Shown here piece after piece: positions 9,779-18,794 of a stretch of DNA of 64,000 bases (the stretch's first letter is position 1; each line of letters begins with the position of its first letter). Source of the stretch: a bacterium Ga0077546 (lineage in GTDB: Bacteria; Cyanobacteriota; Vampirovibrionia; Obscuribacterales; Obscuribacteraceae); the NCBI GenBank assembly GCA_943370275.1, contig CALRQI020000005.1, positions 1,541 to 65,540 of the forward strand. The letters run 5' to 3'. The notes below the pieces were generated by a model. That model had not been told where the DNA came from and searched no databases. It was given only the letters and a program-made list of their open reading frames with translations. Position numbers and translations under genes: made by a program.

Positions 9779-9801
9779 AGAGGCAAGGCATTATTGCCTC
9801 T
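9779..9801. promoter_or_regulatory. Inverted repeat in the divergent promoter region (candidate operator)
   Basis: AGAGGCAA-N7-TTGCCTCT, followed by direct repeats GCCAAG x2 and CAAGAGT x2 (9803-9830), between the MerR-like gene and the 9883 gene. Confidence 0.3.
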
Positions 9802-9882
9802 GCAAGAGTTGCCAAGCCTGCCAAGAGTGTATATTTCACATCACATACTATTGATTGCCCCAACAGCCAAAGAGCCACACCT

Positions 9883-10377
9883 ATGCAAATGTTCGCGCGC
9901 ATACTCCGATTGATTTCACTGGCCATGCTTTTCGGTGGCTCTACCGCCACTGTCTTCGCCGCCATTACCCTGATCAGTGCGGCCAAAGCCCAAGGAGTTC
10001 CCGTTTCAGAAGCAGCGGCGACAAACGCTCCTGTATTCATCGAATTCAGTAAAGTGGCTCTCGCATTTGCTATTTCGCTTGTGGTGGCCGAAGCCATTGA
10101 GATTAAAGGTGATCTCAAAAGCCTAGAGAAGGGCACCCGCTGGCGCATGGCCCGCTATTTCTCATCAATAGTTTGTGCTATTTCAACCTTTATTTTTGCC
10201 TTAGCGATTGTTCCCCAAATGGAAGACGTGCGTGTCTTGATGAAGACAGACCCTGCCGCCAAGCAACAGTTTCAAAAGTTGCATGAAGCATCCCGACTGA
10301 TATTTACAGGCACGATCGTCTTCGCACTGGCATCTTTAGTGCTGCCAGTAATCTCGACCAAAAGAATTAGCGACTAA
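9883..10377 (+). CDS. Integral membrane protein (4 predicted TM segments, DUF4149-like)
   Basis: 164-aa hydrophobic ORF. The family call is tentative. Confidence 0.7.
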   Translation: MQMFARILRLISLAMLFGGSTATVFAAITLISAAKAQGVPVSEAAATNAPVFIEFSKVALAFAISLVVAEAIEIKGDLKSLEKGTRWRMARYFSSIVCAISTFIFALAIVPQMEDVRVLMKTDPAAKQQFQKLHEASRLIFTGTIVFALASLVLPVISTKRISD

Positions 10378-10392
10378 CACAGGAATTAGACC

Positions 10393-11619
10393 ATGCGTAA
10401 ACTGCTTCTATTAGCTGCTTCCGTTGCCATTTCTACTACATCTTTCTCTACATCTTTCAGCCCGGTCCAAGCCTATGTTGACCCAGCGTTCGATCGAGGC
10501 AAGGCCCTTATGGCAACTGGCGACTGGGACCAAGCAGCCACAGCATTTGGTGAATCTCTCGGCCTTAATGCCACAGACCCCAATGCCCTCTCGTTGAGGG
10601 GCCAATGCTTTTACAAAATGGGCAATTATCGCTTAGCCATTCAAGACTTAGACAGCTCGTTGCAATACGCTCCCAACAATCTCAAAGGTCTACTGCTGCG
10701 CGGCACCTGCCACAGCATTTTGGGTCACGACGCTATGGCTATCATCGACTACGAAGCAGCCATTCGCATGGACCCATCCCTGGCTAAGCGTTATTTTGCT
10801 AGCGCCAAAAACGACCTGCCCCATTCAGACCTGGACACCAAAACCGAGAATGGTCAAGGAAACACTCAGGCAGTTCAAAATTACAAAGAAGCCATGAATA
10901 ACGTTTATCCCAATGGCTACAAAGACGACAGCAATGTCGACAATACCCCCGGCTGGACAGGTAAACTAGGCTCCGGCTCGCCCAGCACCAGCACTGCTAC
11001 TGGTGGCACGAGAAAAAGAAGCAATGGCGGACAAATATCGGTGCGAAATCAGCCTGGCTCAGTAGGTGAAACCCAAGCTATTGCGCCTCCTGGTAAAGCC
11101 GGAACGGGCATGACAAATAACGACAACGGCATGCCATACATCAACAGCGACGCTCAAAATAACGCTGGCATGGAAAGCAACGATACGATTCCTGCGGCCA
11201 AAGACAAGCGTTTTGTCACCCCCCTTGACCAAGATCCAAACCGTGGCGAAATTGGCGCCCTAGCTGGCACTGGAGTGTTCGAAGGCGACGCCAAAAAAGC
11301 CATCATCGACTATAACCAGGCCCTTGGCCTTGACCCTACCAATGGTGAATATTACTTCCGCCGAGCCAAAGCCTATCAGAAGCTCAATAAAGTCAACGAA
11401 GCCATGGGCGACTTCTCATCAGCCATTTCGCAGGCCCCCAACAATGCTCGCTTCTACCTAGGCCGAGCCTCTTTGTATTATCAATTGGGCAAAACAGTCT
11501 TGCTCCAAGCTGATATTGAATCGGCCCGCAACTGCGATCCAGATCTGCCAGCAAAAATTCACTTCTATGTACCAGCTCTACCAAAAGGTACTAGCTGGGC
11601 AGGGGACGGCGCTAACTAG
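10393..11619 (+). CDS. Secreted TPR-repeat protein with a long low-complexity central linker
   Basis: 408-aa ORF with a signal peptide. TPR-like repeats sit at both ends (e.g. AIIDYNQALGLDPTNGEYYFRRAKAY). Confidence 0.85.
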   Translation: MRKLLLLAASVAISTTSFSTSFSPVQAYVDPAFDRGKALMATGDWDQAATAFGESLGLNATDPNALSLRGQCFYKMGNYRLAIQDLDSSLQYAPNNLKGLLLRGTCHSILGHDAMAIIDYEAAIRMDPSLAKRYFASAKNDLPHSDLDTKTENGQGNTQAVQNYKEAMNNVYPNGYKDDSNVDNTPGWTGKLGSGSPSTSTATGGTRKRSNGGQISVRNQPGSVGETQAIAPPGKAGTGMTNNDNGMPYINSDAQNNAGMESNDTIPAAKDKRFVTPLDQDPNRGEIGALAGTGVFEGDAKKAIIDYNQALGLDPTNGEYYFRRAKAYQKLNKVNEAMGDFSSAISQAPNNARFYLGRASLYYQLGKTVLLQADIESARNCDPDLPAKIHFYVPALPKGTSWAGDGAN

Positions 11620-11644
11620 TTATTTGCTCTCGGCTCCCCTCAGC

Positions 11645-12640
11645 TCAATCTATATTAGTCTTAGCCAGGCGCTCAAGCCTGGCTAAGCGAGCTAGCAAAT
11701 CGGCTCCTTCTAGACGCAGCTTTAGATCACGATAGAAGAGCCCATAAGCAGTAAACGAAATTGAGAAAGTAAATATATTGAACGGCACCTCGAGAGCAAT
11801 TTCGAGCAGATCAATCAGGTATGGTGTTTGCGATAGCTTAAAGCTGGCATGACTAGCTTGTTCAAACACCTGCAAAATGATCATCGGACTTTCAATCACA
11901 ACACAGACCAGGGCGATAGCAACTGCCAATAATGAGGTAAACGAACCACCTCGCATCATGCGCAGGCTCACCAGCAGCCAAGTGCGTTTCAATGACTCAA
12001 CAAAAGAAAGTTGTTCAAGAGTAACAATAGCCAAAAGCAATGAGCCAAAAAGGCCTGAAATCATGACTGAAATGGTCAGGGCGAAGCCGATTATGGCAAA
12101 AACCACAGCCCCGAAGGCCACTCGCTCAGAGCCACCCAAAGCAACATTCAAGGCCGCAGCGGCAGCAACTATAACAATCGCCCAGAAAATCAAACAAAGA
12201 GCCGGTGGCAGCAGGGCCAGATTGCAGGCGAAGAAAACTGTGCCTGAGCGCTTCTTCAAAATATTGAAACTATCTTTATAGGTCGGGTCAAGGCAAAGTA
12301 CAGCCCTGACTAGAGCGCAAGAGCGTAGACAAAGCTCCCAGGCACTGAAGAACCAGACCACCATGTACAAAAGCGACACTGCCATATGCAAGAGAAATGG
12401 CCCAGCAGCCAGTAACGAATTAGCAGCAATACTAACCCAGTGCTGCAAACTTAAGTAGGCACCATGACTAGCCAGTGAGCAAAAGAGAGCCGGCCAAAAC
12501 AAAGTTTTAAAATACAGTTTGTAATAAAGTCGAAATCGTCTGAAGGTCAAGCTGACGATATCGGCCAGAGAAAGCACTTTCTCAGGCAAGGGCGCCATTT
12601 GCGACTTAGGTCCTGGCTCTGTGACTAAATCTGGAAACAC
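11645..12640 (-). CDS. Polytopic integral membrane protein, unknown function
   Basis: 331-aa ORF with about 6-7 hydrophobic segments. Confidence 0.75.
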   Translation of the reverse strand: MFPDLVTEPGPKSQMAPLPEKVLSLADIVSLTFRRFRLYYKLYFKTLFWPALFCSLASHGAYLSLQHWVSIAANSLLAAGPFLLHMAVSLLYMVVWFFSAWELCLRSCALVRAVLCLDPTYKDSFNILKKRSGTVFFACNLALLPPALCLIFWAIVIVAAAAALNVALGGSERVAFGAVVFAIIGFALTISVMISGLFGSLLLAIVTLEQLSFVESLKRTWLLVSLRMMRGGSFTSLLAVAIALVCVVIESPMIILQVFEQASHASFKLSQTPYLIDLLEIALEVPFNIFTFSISFTAYGLFYRDLKLRLEGADLLARLARLERLAKTNID

Positions 12641-12703
12641 TTAACGACCCTAACTACAGTAAGGCCCAGTATAATATCTTTCACTTATACAAAGCGGACA
12701 GGC

Positions 12704-14026
12704 ATGCAAAGAGTTTCAAACAAGCGCACCTATCTAGATCCAATACACCAAGATATCGTTCTTGACAGATCTATACCAGCCGAGCGCCTCGTAGTCGACC
12801 TAATTGATGCAGTCGAATTTCAGCGCATGCGGCGCATTCACCAGCTCGGTGTGTCCTATTTCACATTTCAAGGTGCCGAGGGGTCTCGCTTTACCCACTC
12901 GGTAGGGGTCATGCATGTTGCCTCTCAGCTAAGCAACATTCTCTCTAGCCGTTGTGAATCGGCCGAAAAAGAGCGAGCCTTAATGCTCACATCGGCTCTT
13001 CTACACGACGTCGGCCACGGTCCATTTAGCCATGTTACCGAGAAAATTCTCAACTACGATCACGAAGACTGGTCCTGCAGGATAATCTCGGGCGACACTC
13101 AAATTCGTTCGATTCTAGACTCTTATGAAGAAGAGCCCGGTCTAGCCGACAAAATTGTTCAAGTTCTTAAAAAGACTTACAAACCAGCCTATGTTTCACA
13201 TGTTGTATCAAGCCAGCTTGACTGTGATCGCTTCGACTACTTACTGCGCGATAGCTATATGACCGGAACTGCTTATGGTCTGTTTGCCTTGCAACGCATT
13301 TTGCGTTCAATTGAAGTAGATGAAGAAAACGACCGCATGCTAGTGGTAGGAGAAAAAGGCCAAATAGCAGTTGAAGACTACCTCTTTGCCCGTTACTCAA
13401 TGTACGCCCAAGTTTATTATCATCGTAAAAATTTAGCGGCCCGCGCCCTGCTTGGCAAGCTTATCAAACGAGCCCTGCATGTAATTGACAAAGGGGCTGG
13501 CTCAATTGTCTTTATTGACGAAGCCACGGGAAAATGGCTCACAGGAGAGAAACTCACAGTTGAAGAGTATCTCAGCCTCGATGACATTCAGCTTGGTTAT
13601 CACATTAAGCGCTGGCTCAAAGACAAAGACCAGATACTGGCTGATCTTTCTCATCGCTTCTTAAACCGCCGCATCTTCAAAGCTTCGCGCATCAATACCC
13701 AAGTACAATCTGAAATTGATGACATCGAAAAGCAAGTAAGGCAGGCCGTCTCAAGCCTCGGCTTCGACCCTGATTATTATGTGGCGGTCGAGTCAACTGG
13801 TTTTGTCCCCTACGACTACTACCGACCAGATTCGGACCATCCCCAAACCAATATCGTGGTGCGCACCGATAACGGTGAAGTAAAAGAGTTATCTCAACTT
13901 TCTCTTGCTGTAGAAGCTCTAGTAAAGGGCAACCACACTTCCTACTGGCTTATATATCCACAAGAAGCAACTGAAGCCGTTGAAAAAATTCGCACCAAGT
14001 TAAACCTCGCTGTAAATACAAAATAA
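12704..14026 (+). CDS. HD-domain phosphohydrolase (dNTP triphosphohydrolase / SAMHD1-like family)
   Basis: 440-aa ORF. Motifs: RFTHSVGVMHVA, LLHDVGHGPFSH, DCDRFDYLLRDSY. Confidence 0.9.
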   Translation: MQRVSNKRTYLDPIHQDIVLDRSIPAERLVVDLIDAVEFQRMRRIHQLGVSYFTFQGAEGSRFTHSVGVMHVASQLSNILSSRCESAEKERALMLTSALLHDVGHGPFSHVTEKILNYDHEDWSCRIISGDTQIRSILDSYEEEPGLADKIVQVLKKTYKPAYVSHVVSSQLDCDRFDYLLRDSYMTGTAYGLFALQRILRSIEVDEENDRMLVVGEKGQIAVEDYLFARYSMYAQVYYHRKNLAARALLGKLIKRALHVIDKGAGSIVFIDEATGKWLTGEKLTVEEYLSLDDIQLGYHIKRWLKDKDQILADLSHRFLNRRIFKASRINTQVQSEIDDIEKQVRQAVSSLGFDPDYYVAVESTGFVPYDYYRPDSDHPQTNIVVRTDNGEVKELSQLSLAVEALVKGNHTSYWLIYPQEATEAVEKIRTKLNLAVNTK

Positions 14027-14060
14027 AAAAATCCGGTCCACATAATTAGGAACTTAAACC

Positions 14061-15578
14061 ATGTTCGACAACCTTACCGACAGACTGCAAGGCGCTTTTA
14101 GAACTCTCGCTGGCAACGACAAGTTGTCCCATGAGAATATCGAAGATGCTATTCGCGAAGTGCGTAAGTCGCTTCTGGAAGCAGATGTAAGCTTGAAGGT
14201 AGTAAAAATCTTCATCAGCAATGTGCGCCAGAAGGCGCTCGGCACAGAAGTTATCGACTCCGTTACTCCAGCCCAGCAATTCATAAAAGTGGTCAGCGAT
14301 GAGCTTGTCACCATACTTGGTGGCGAGAATGTACCGCTCAATCTCAAGGGCGCACCTGGCATCATCATGATGGTCGGCCTACAAGGCTCCGGTAAAACCA
14401 CAGCCTGCGGCAAACTAGCCCTAAAACTAAAAGGTGAAGGGCAAAATCCCCTGCTAGTGGCTTGTGACGTGCAAAGACCAGCAGCCATTCACCAGCTTCA
14501 AACTCTGGGCAAACAAGTAGATGTGCCTGTATTCACAATTGAAGCCAGCCAAGACGTGCAAGATATCGCCGAGAAAGCCATTGCTCTAGCCAAAGAGAAA
14601 GGCTACAACCCAGTTATCTTAGATACAGCCGGTCGTCTGCAAGTAGATACGCCACTGATGGCCGAGTTGCTCATCATCGACCGACTACTACAACCATCAG
14701 AAAAGATTCTAGTAGTAGACAGTATGACCGGCCAAGAAGCAGTCAACGTCGCCGAAACATTCAATACTCAACTAGATCTAACCGGCTTACTGCTAACCAA
14801 AATTGACGGCGATGCTAGAGGCGGAGCGGCGCTCTCCGTAAGAGAAGCCGTAGGCAAGCCAATCAAGTTCATCTCCACTGGCGAGAAGCTCGACAACCTT
14901 GAGACTTTCTATCCAGACCGCATGGCGAGCCGCATTCTCGGTATGGGTGACGTACTCTCTCTGGTTGAGAAAGCCCAGAAAAACATCAACGAAAAAGACG
15001 CTGAAAAAGCCGTGATGGACATGTTCCAAAACGATTTTTCTTTCGAACAGTTCGTCAACATGCAAAGCATGATGAAAAAAATGGGCAATATGGGCGACAT
15101 CATGAAAATGATGGGCGTGGGTGGCATGCTCGGCCTTTCTTCCGAAGATCAAAATAAAATCGCCACTGAAGGCGAAGCAATGATGAACAAGTACGAAATC
15201 GCCATCAATTCGATGACCATCGCCGAAAGACGCAAACCGGATCTTATAGACTTTCCAAGAAGACGCCGCATCGCCCGCGGCTCTGGTCTCAAAGAAAATG
15301 AGATAGGAAAAATGTTAAACGAGTTTGAGAAAATGCGCGAAGCAATGCGGCAAATGAAGGCCATGATGGGCGGGTTCGGAGGCGGTGGGCCTTTTGGCGG
15401 CGGCGGCGGACCTTTCGGTGGTCTCGGCGGCGGCGGTCTCTTTGGCGGCGGCGGCAAAATGCCTCCTATGCCCCCAGGCTTCAAAATGCCCCCCGGCATG
15501 GGCGGCATGCCTGGCTCCCCATCTAGACCAGGTTTTCAAAGCCCCTACGGCCTGAAAAAGAAAAAGAAGAAGAAGTAA
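14061..15578 (+). CDS. ffh: Signal recognition particle protein Ffh with a Gly/Pro-rich, poly-Lys C-terminal extension
   Basis: Motifs GLQGSGKTT, DTAGR, LTKIDGDARGG and a Met-rich M domain. The tail is GGFGGGGPFGGGGGPF...GLKKKKKKK. Confidence 0.97.
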   Translation: MFDNLTDRLQGAFRTLAGNDKLSHENIEDAIREVRKSLLEADVSLKVVKIFISNVRQKALGTEVIDSVTPAQQFIKVVSDELVTILGGENVPLNLKGAPGIIMMVGLQGSGKTTACGKLALKLKGEGQNPLLVACDVQRPAAIHQLQTLGKQVDVPVFTIEASQDVQDIAEKAIALAKEKGYNPVILDTAGRLQVDTPLMAELLIIDRLLQPSEKILVVDSMTGQEAVNVAETFNTQLDLTGLLLTKIDGDARGGAALSVREAVGKPIKFISTGEKLDNLETFYPDRMASRILGMGDVLSLVEKAQKNINEKDAEKAVMDMFQNDFSFEQFVNMQSMMKKMGNMGDIMKMMGVGGMLGLSSEDQNKIATEGEAMMNKYEIAINSMTIAERRKPDLIDFPRRRRIARGSGLKENEIGKMLNEFEKMREAMRQMKAMMGGFGGGGPFGGGGGPFGGLGGGGLFGGGGKMPPMPPGFKMPPGMGGMPGSPSRPGFQSPYGLKKKKKKK

Positions 15579-15754
15579 GAAGCACTGTCGCAAAAGCCCT
15601 GATTGCAGCCCAAGGCCCTTCTCGGGCCAAAGCGTATCGCCAGGTTAACAACATATACAGTACAGACATACGGCCAGAGCTAATGAGCTGATAGAATAAC
15701 GAATCGCACACAAGCACATAAGTACATAAGTACAGTTTGGAGAACATAGTCCCA

Positions 15755-16012
15755 GTGGTAAAGATACGGCTAAAGCGCGTCGGCCAGAAAAAAGCCCCGC
15801 ATTACAGAATCGTCGCCGTTGACTCTAGAAGTAGAAGAGACGGTATGCCAATCGAAGAGCTTGGCTACTACAACCCCCGTTCTAAAGAGTTGGTTGTCGA
15901 CAGAGAAGCGGTACAAAAATGGATGACACACGGCGCCCAGCAAAGCGAAACGGTAGCAAGCCTTTTAAAAAGGGCCCCTCACGCGGCAGACCAGGCGGCT
16001 TTGGGCGCGTAA
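15755..16012 (+). CDS. rpsP: 30S ribosomal protein S16
   Basis: (M)VKIRLKRVGQKKAPHYRIVAVDSRSRRDG...YYNP. A GTG start at 15755 lies behind a GGAGAA RBS. The ORF track begins at an upstream TTG (15737). Confidence 0.95.
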   Translation: MVKIRLKRVGQKKAPHYRIVAVDSRSRRDGMPIEELGYYNPRSKELVVDREAVQKWMTHGAQQSETVASLLKRAPHAADQAALGA

Positions 16013-16044
16013 GGCCCCAAGTTGATTCAACAGCGGCAGAAGAT

Positions 16045-16266
16045 TTGGCAGAGTACATTTTAAAGGTACTGGCCAAAGATCCTGACGCCCTGCAATTCGA
16101 AAGGGAAGCCCTAAACCCAGGGCGTTGCCGAGTAGCTGTGACCTGCGATCCGCTGGTCACCGGTAGACTAATTGGCAAAGACGGTAGGACAATTACCGCC
16201 TTACGTTCCTTGATACGCGCCGCAGCCAGCCGGTTTGGCAAGCGCGTAGACATCGAAATTACTTAA
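16045..16266 (+). CDS. KH-domain RNA-binding protein (YlqC/UPF0109-like)
   Basis: AEYILKVLAKDPDALQFE...GRLIGKDGRTITALRSLI...KRVDIEI, in the conserved position after rpsP. The start is uncertain: TTG at 16045 is the first in-frame start after the rpsP stop. The ATG at 15919 would overlap rpsP by 94 nt. Confidence 0.8.
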   Translation: MAEYILKVLAKDPDALQFEREALNPGRCRVAVTCDPLVTGRLIGKDGRTITALRSLIRAAASRFGKRVDIEIT

Positions 16267-16342
16267 TTAGGCCCTCCAAAAACTAGATAATCAGAAGCCG
16301 CAGTGTTGAATTGAATCTACACTGCGTTTTCGAGTATTGGCT

Positions 16343-16684
16343 ATGCAAACTCCGGAAAAAAACGAGAAAGACCTGCTTCAAGTGTTGATTGAAGCTCAGA
16401 TAATCTCACAGGCTCAGGCCCAACTGGCTCAGTCTGATAGTGAAAACATGAGCATGACTATCGATGAAGTGCTCTTAGCTCGTGGCTGGCTAGACGCCCC
16501 AACACTAAGAAAGCATGCCCCCTGGCTGTTTGCAGAAAAGAAGAGCGGCAGCGATAGCACTGAAATAAGCAGCGCCATGCGCAAATCTGGGCCACTGCAA
16601 ATTACAGATACCCAAGGCTCGTCCGATGACTACGGTACTAATCTTGCTCGCTATCGAGCCTTGATGCGCGATATCTTAGACTAG
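16343..16684 (+). CDS. Small protein with a T2SS-E N-terminal (MshEN)-like helical motif
   Basis: 113 aa. LLQVLIEAQIISQAQAQLAQ...IDEVLLARGWLD resembles GspE-N repeats. The family call is weak. Confidence 0.55.
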   Translation: MQTPEKNEKDLLQVLIEAQIISQAQAQLAQSDSENMSMTIDEVLLARGWLDAPTLRKHAPWLFAEKKSGSDSTEISSAMRKSGPLQITDTQGSSDDYGTNLARYRALMRDILD

Positions 16685-16705
16685 CGAGTCAGCTGCCACC
16701 ATAAT

Positions 16706-17986
16706 TTAGCGGCGCAAGAAGTGAATATAGCCGCGCTCATAATCAATAGTGTATTGATAGTCGTTGTAGAAAGTTTGGCCGAGAAGGCCAACTCCAGCGG
16801 CTTCACCGTCTGGCACCCAAACTTGAAAATCACGCTTAGTGATACCACCAAGCTTAATACTACTGACATTGAAAACTCGAGCGCGACTATCACCAGCGAT
16901 ACCGCTAACAGTCGCTATTTGTGCATCTTCTGGAATAGTGATACCGAGGGATCTGCACTGTTGCTTCGTCAAACTCACGACCTCAGCTCCAGTATCAAAA
17001 TACATTTTTGTCGGTTTACCATTTATTTCCACGGTAACAGCTAATTCGTTTCTCTCTCTGACGAATGGGACAGAATTAGGATCACGACTAACATCAGCAT
17101 AGATAGAACTGCTGTTTTTCCGTTTTTTAACGAAGTGAATGCTGTGAGCACCGTTATCGATGGTGTAGGTGAAATCTTGATAAAAGGTCTGTCCTAGCAA
17201 TGGGTGAAGCCCGAGCTGAGACTGCACCTTAATGGGAAAATGCTTACGCTCAATTGGCCCTAGCTTCAAATCCACACTCATATCCCAAATTGGCTGCTCA
17301 CCGCCGTCTCCAACTCCAACCGCGGCTCCAGTTGGCGGTCCTAAGGGCGGTTCGATACCAACAGCAGATAGGTTATTCTTTCCAAAAGCGCACATTGCGG
17401 CACCTGTATCAAATACCATTTTCATTGGTCGGCCATTGACATAAACGTCAACAATGAAGCTGTTGCCTTCCAGGGTGTAATAGATTCGGCACTCATCCGG
17501 TATTCTGTCATCAGCGCTATTTCGGCTTGAGCCAGACTGAGAAGCTTGAGTCTGGACAATCATTTGCGAGCCCGAGCTTATCTGTCTACCGGTAGCACTA
17601 GAAACTTGTTGACTATACTGCGACTGCGCCATGCGCGACGGTGGCAGTGTACTAAGTAAAACCGCATCAAGTTTAGCTAAAGCGGCTCTAGCATAATTGG
17701 CACCATTTGAATCTGGCATCATGCGAATCAACTCAGCATAAGCCTTAGTGGCACCAGCAATATCTTTGTTGTAATGCAAAGAGAGCGCATAATAATAACG
17801 AGCACTATCATTCTTAGGATTAGCTGCTATGGCCTTCTTAAAGTTCGCCGCAGCTAGCGGGTAAGTCTTAGCACCGAACTGTTTGACACCAAGAGCGTAG
17901 GCATCAACAGCTGCCTGAACTGGCAATGAGAAAGTACAAGCAGTTGAAATCAGCATTAAAGCTGCTGCCAATTTAGCCTTGCTCAT
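16706..17986 (-). CDS. Secreted TPR + tandem retropepsin-like (clan AA aspartic protease) domain protein, paralog A
   Basis: Signal peptide, an N-terminal TPR pair, a Ser/Gln linker and two Asp-protease-like modules, each with DTG(A) (MVFDTGAAMC, MYFDTGAEVV) and a closing LLGQTFY..YTID motif. The ATG at 17986 follows an AGGAAG RBS. Confidence 0.85.
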   Translation of the reverse strand: MSKAKLAAALMLISTACTFSLPVQAAVDAYALGVKQFGAKTYPLAAANFKKAIAANPKNDSARYYYALSLHYNKDIAGATKAYAELIRMMPDSNGANYARAALAKLDAVLLSTLPPSRMAQSQYSQQVSSATGRQISSGSQMIVQTQASQSGSSRNSADDRIPDECRIYYTLEGNSFIVDVYVNGRPMKMVFDTGAAMCAFGKNNLSAVGIEPPLGPPTGAAVGVGDGGEQPIWDMSVDLKLGPIERKHFPIKVQSQLGLHPLLGQTFYQDFTYTIDNGAHSIHFVKKRKNSSSIYADVSRDPNSVPFVRERNELAVTVEINGKPTKMYFDTGAEVVSLTKQQCRSLGITIPEDAQIATVSGIAGDSRARVFNVSSIKLGGITKRDFQVWVPDGEAAGVGLLGQTFYNDYQYTIDYERGYIHFLRR

Positions 17987-18776
17987 GGTCACTTCCTCTG
18001 TTGCTGTAGTTTTTTTTAGCTGCTAACTGCCTAAGATAAACAATCTTCTTACGTACATAGTCGCTATAAATTGCAGTAAGTCTAAAACCCAAAGCACCTT
18101 CCATGATACCGCCCCGAATCAAGTAGCGATATAAAAAAGTCAGACCCGGCTTCACTAACTCAGCAATGCGACTGGCTTTCCAACCATAGTTGCCTCGATT
18201 GAAAAACTCTTGGGCCGAAAGCCTAGCGTACTTGTCCATGGCAGCTGCAAAATCTTCGACCGTTTTATATGCATAATGGTGCATTGGCTCAGTCAGCATA
18301 GTAACCGGCCCATTCATTTTTATCGCTTCATGCACTAGACGTTCACCAAACTTGCCCTTACCACGCTTGAACAAGCGCAACTGTGCGTCTGGGTAGAAGC
18401 CGCCACGTGAAACTGCTTGATCGCCAATATAGAGAATACGCGGAATCTTGTAGCCATCGAATTGATCAAGATTAGGGCTCTTCAATAAAGTGGCGATTTC
18501 TGCCACCAATCGATCACTCAATATTTCATCGGCATCAAGGCTTAATACCCAATCAGATTTAGCTAAATCAATGGCGAAATTTTTCTGCTTAGCGAAACCA
18601 AGCCAATCTTGATGTTGAACAATTGCTCCTTTCTCTTGGGCAATCTCTTTGGTGCGGTCAGTTGAACCGGAATCAACCACAATAATTTCATCGACCAAAC
18701 TTTTAGCAGCATCAATCACCCGACCAATAGTGCGCTCCTCATCTTGAGCAACTATTACCAGTGATACCGTAGGCAT
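17973..18776 (-). CDS. Glycosyltransferase family 2
   Basis: VSLVIVAQDEERTI...IIVVDSGSTDRT...SLDADE. It overlaps the downstream gene start. Confidence 0.9.
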   Translation of the reverse strand: MPTVSLVIVAQDEERTIGRVIDAAKSLVDEIIVVDSGSTDRTKEIAQEKGAIVQHQDWLGFAKQKNFAIDLAKSDWVLSLDADEILSDRLVAEIATLLKSPNLDQFDGYKIPRILYIGDQAVSRGGFYPDAQLRLFKRGKGKFGERLVHEAIKMNGPVTMLTEPMHHYAYKTVEDFAAAMDKYARLSAQEFFNRGNYGWKASRIAELVKPGLTFLYRYLIRGGIMEGALGFRLTAIYSDYVRKKIVYLRQLAAKKNYSNRGSDHEQG

Positions 18777-18794
18777 AACTATTTATCTGTTCTA

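Noticed and set aside
12704-14026. HD-domain dNTPase-like gene as an anti-phage dGTPase defence gene
   Set aside because: It sits as a single gene between a membrane protein and ffh, with no other defence-type genes or mobile-element hallmarks nearby. It is more consistent with a housekeeping dNTP triphosphohydrolase.
14054-15593. Several antisense ORFs across ffh (14054-14488, 14793-15152, 15149-15508, 15315-15593)
   Set aside because: ffh is unambiguous on the plus strand. The antisense frames are kept open by the GGC/GGT and AAG repeat composition and give Pro-rich or His-rich nonsense.
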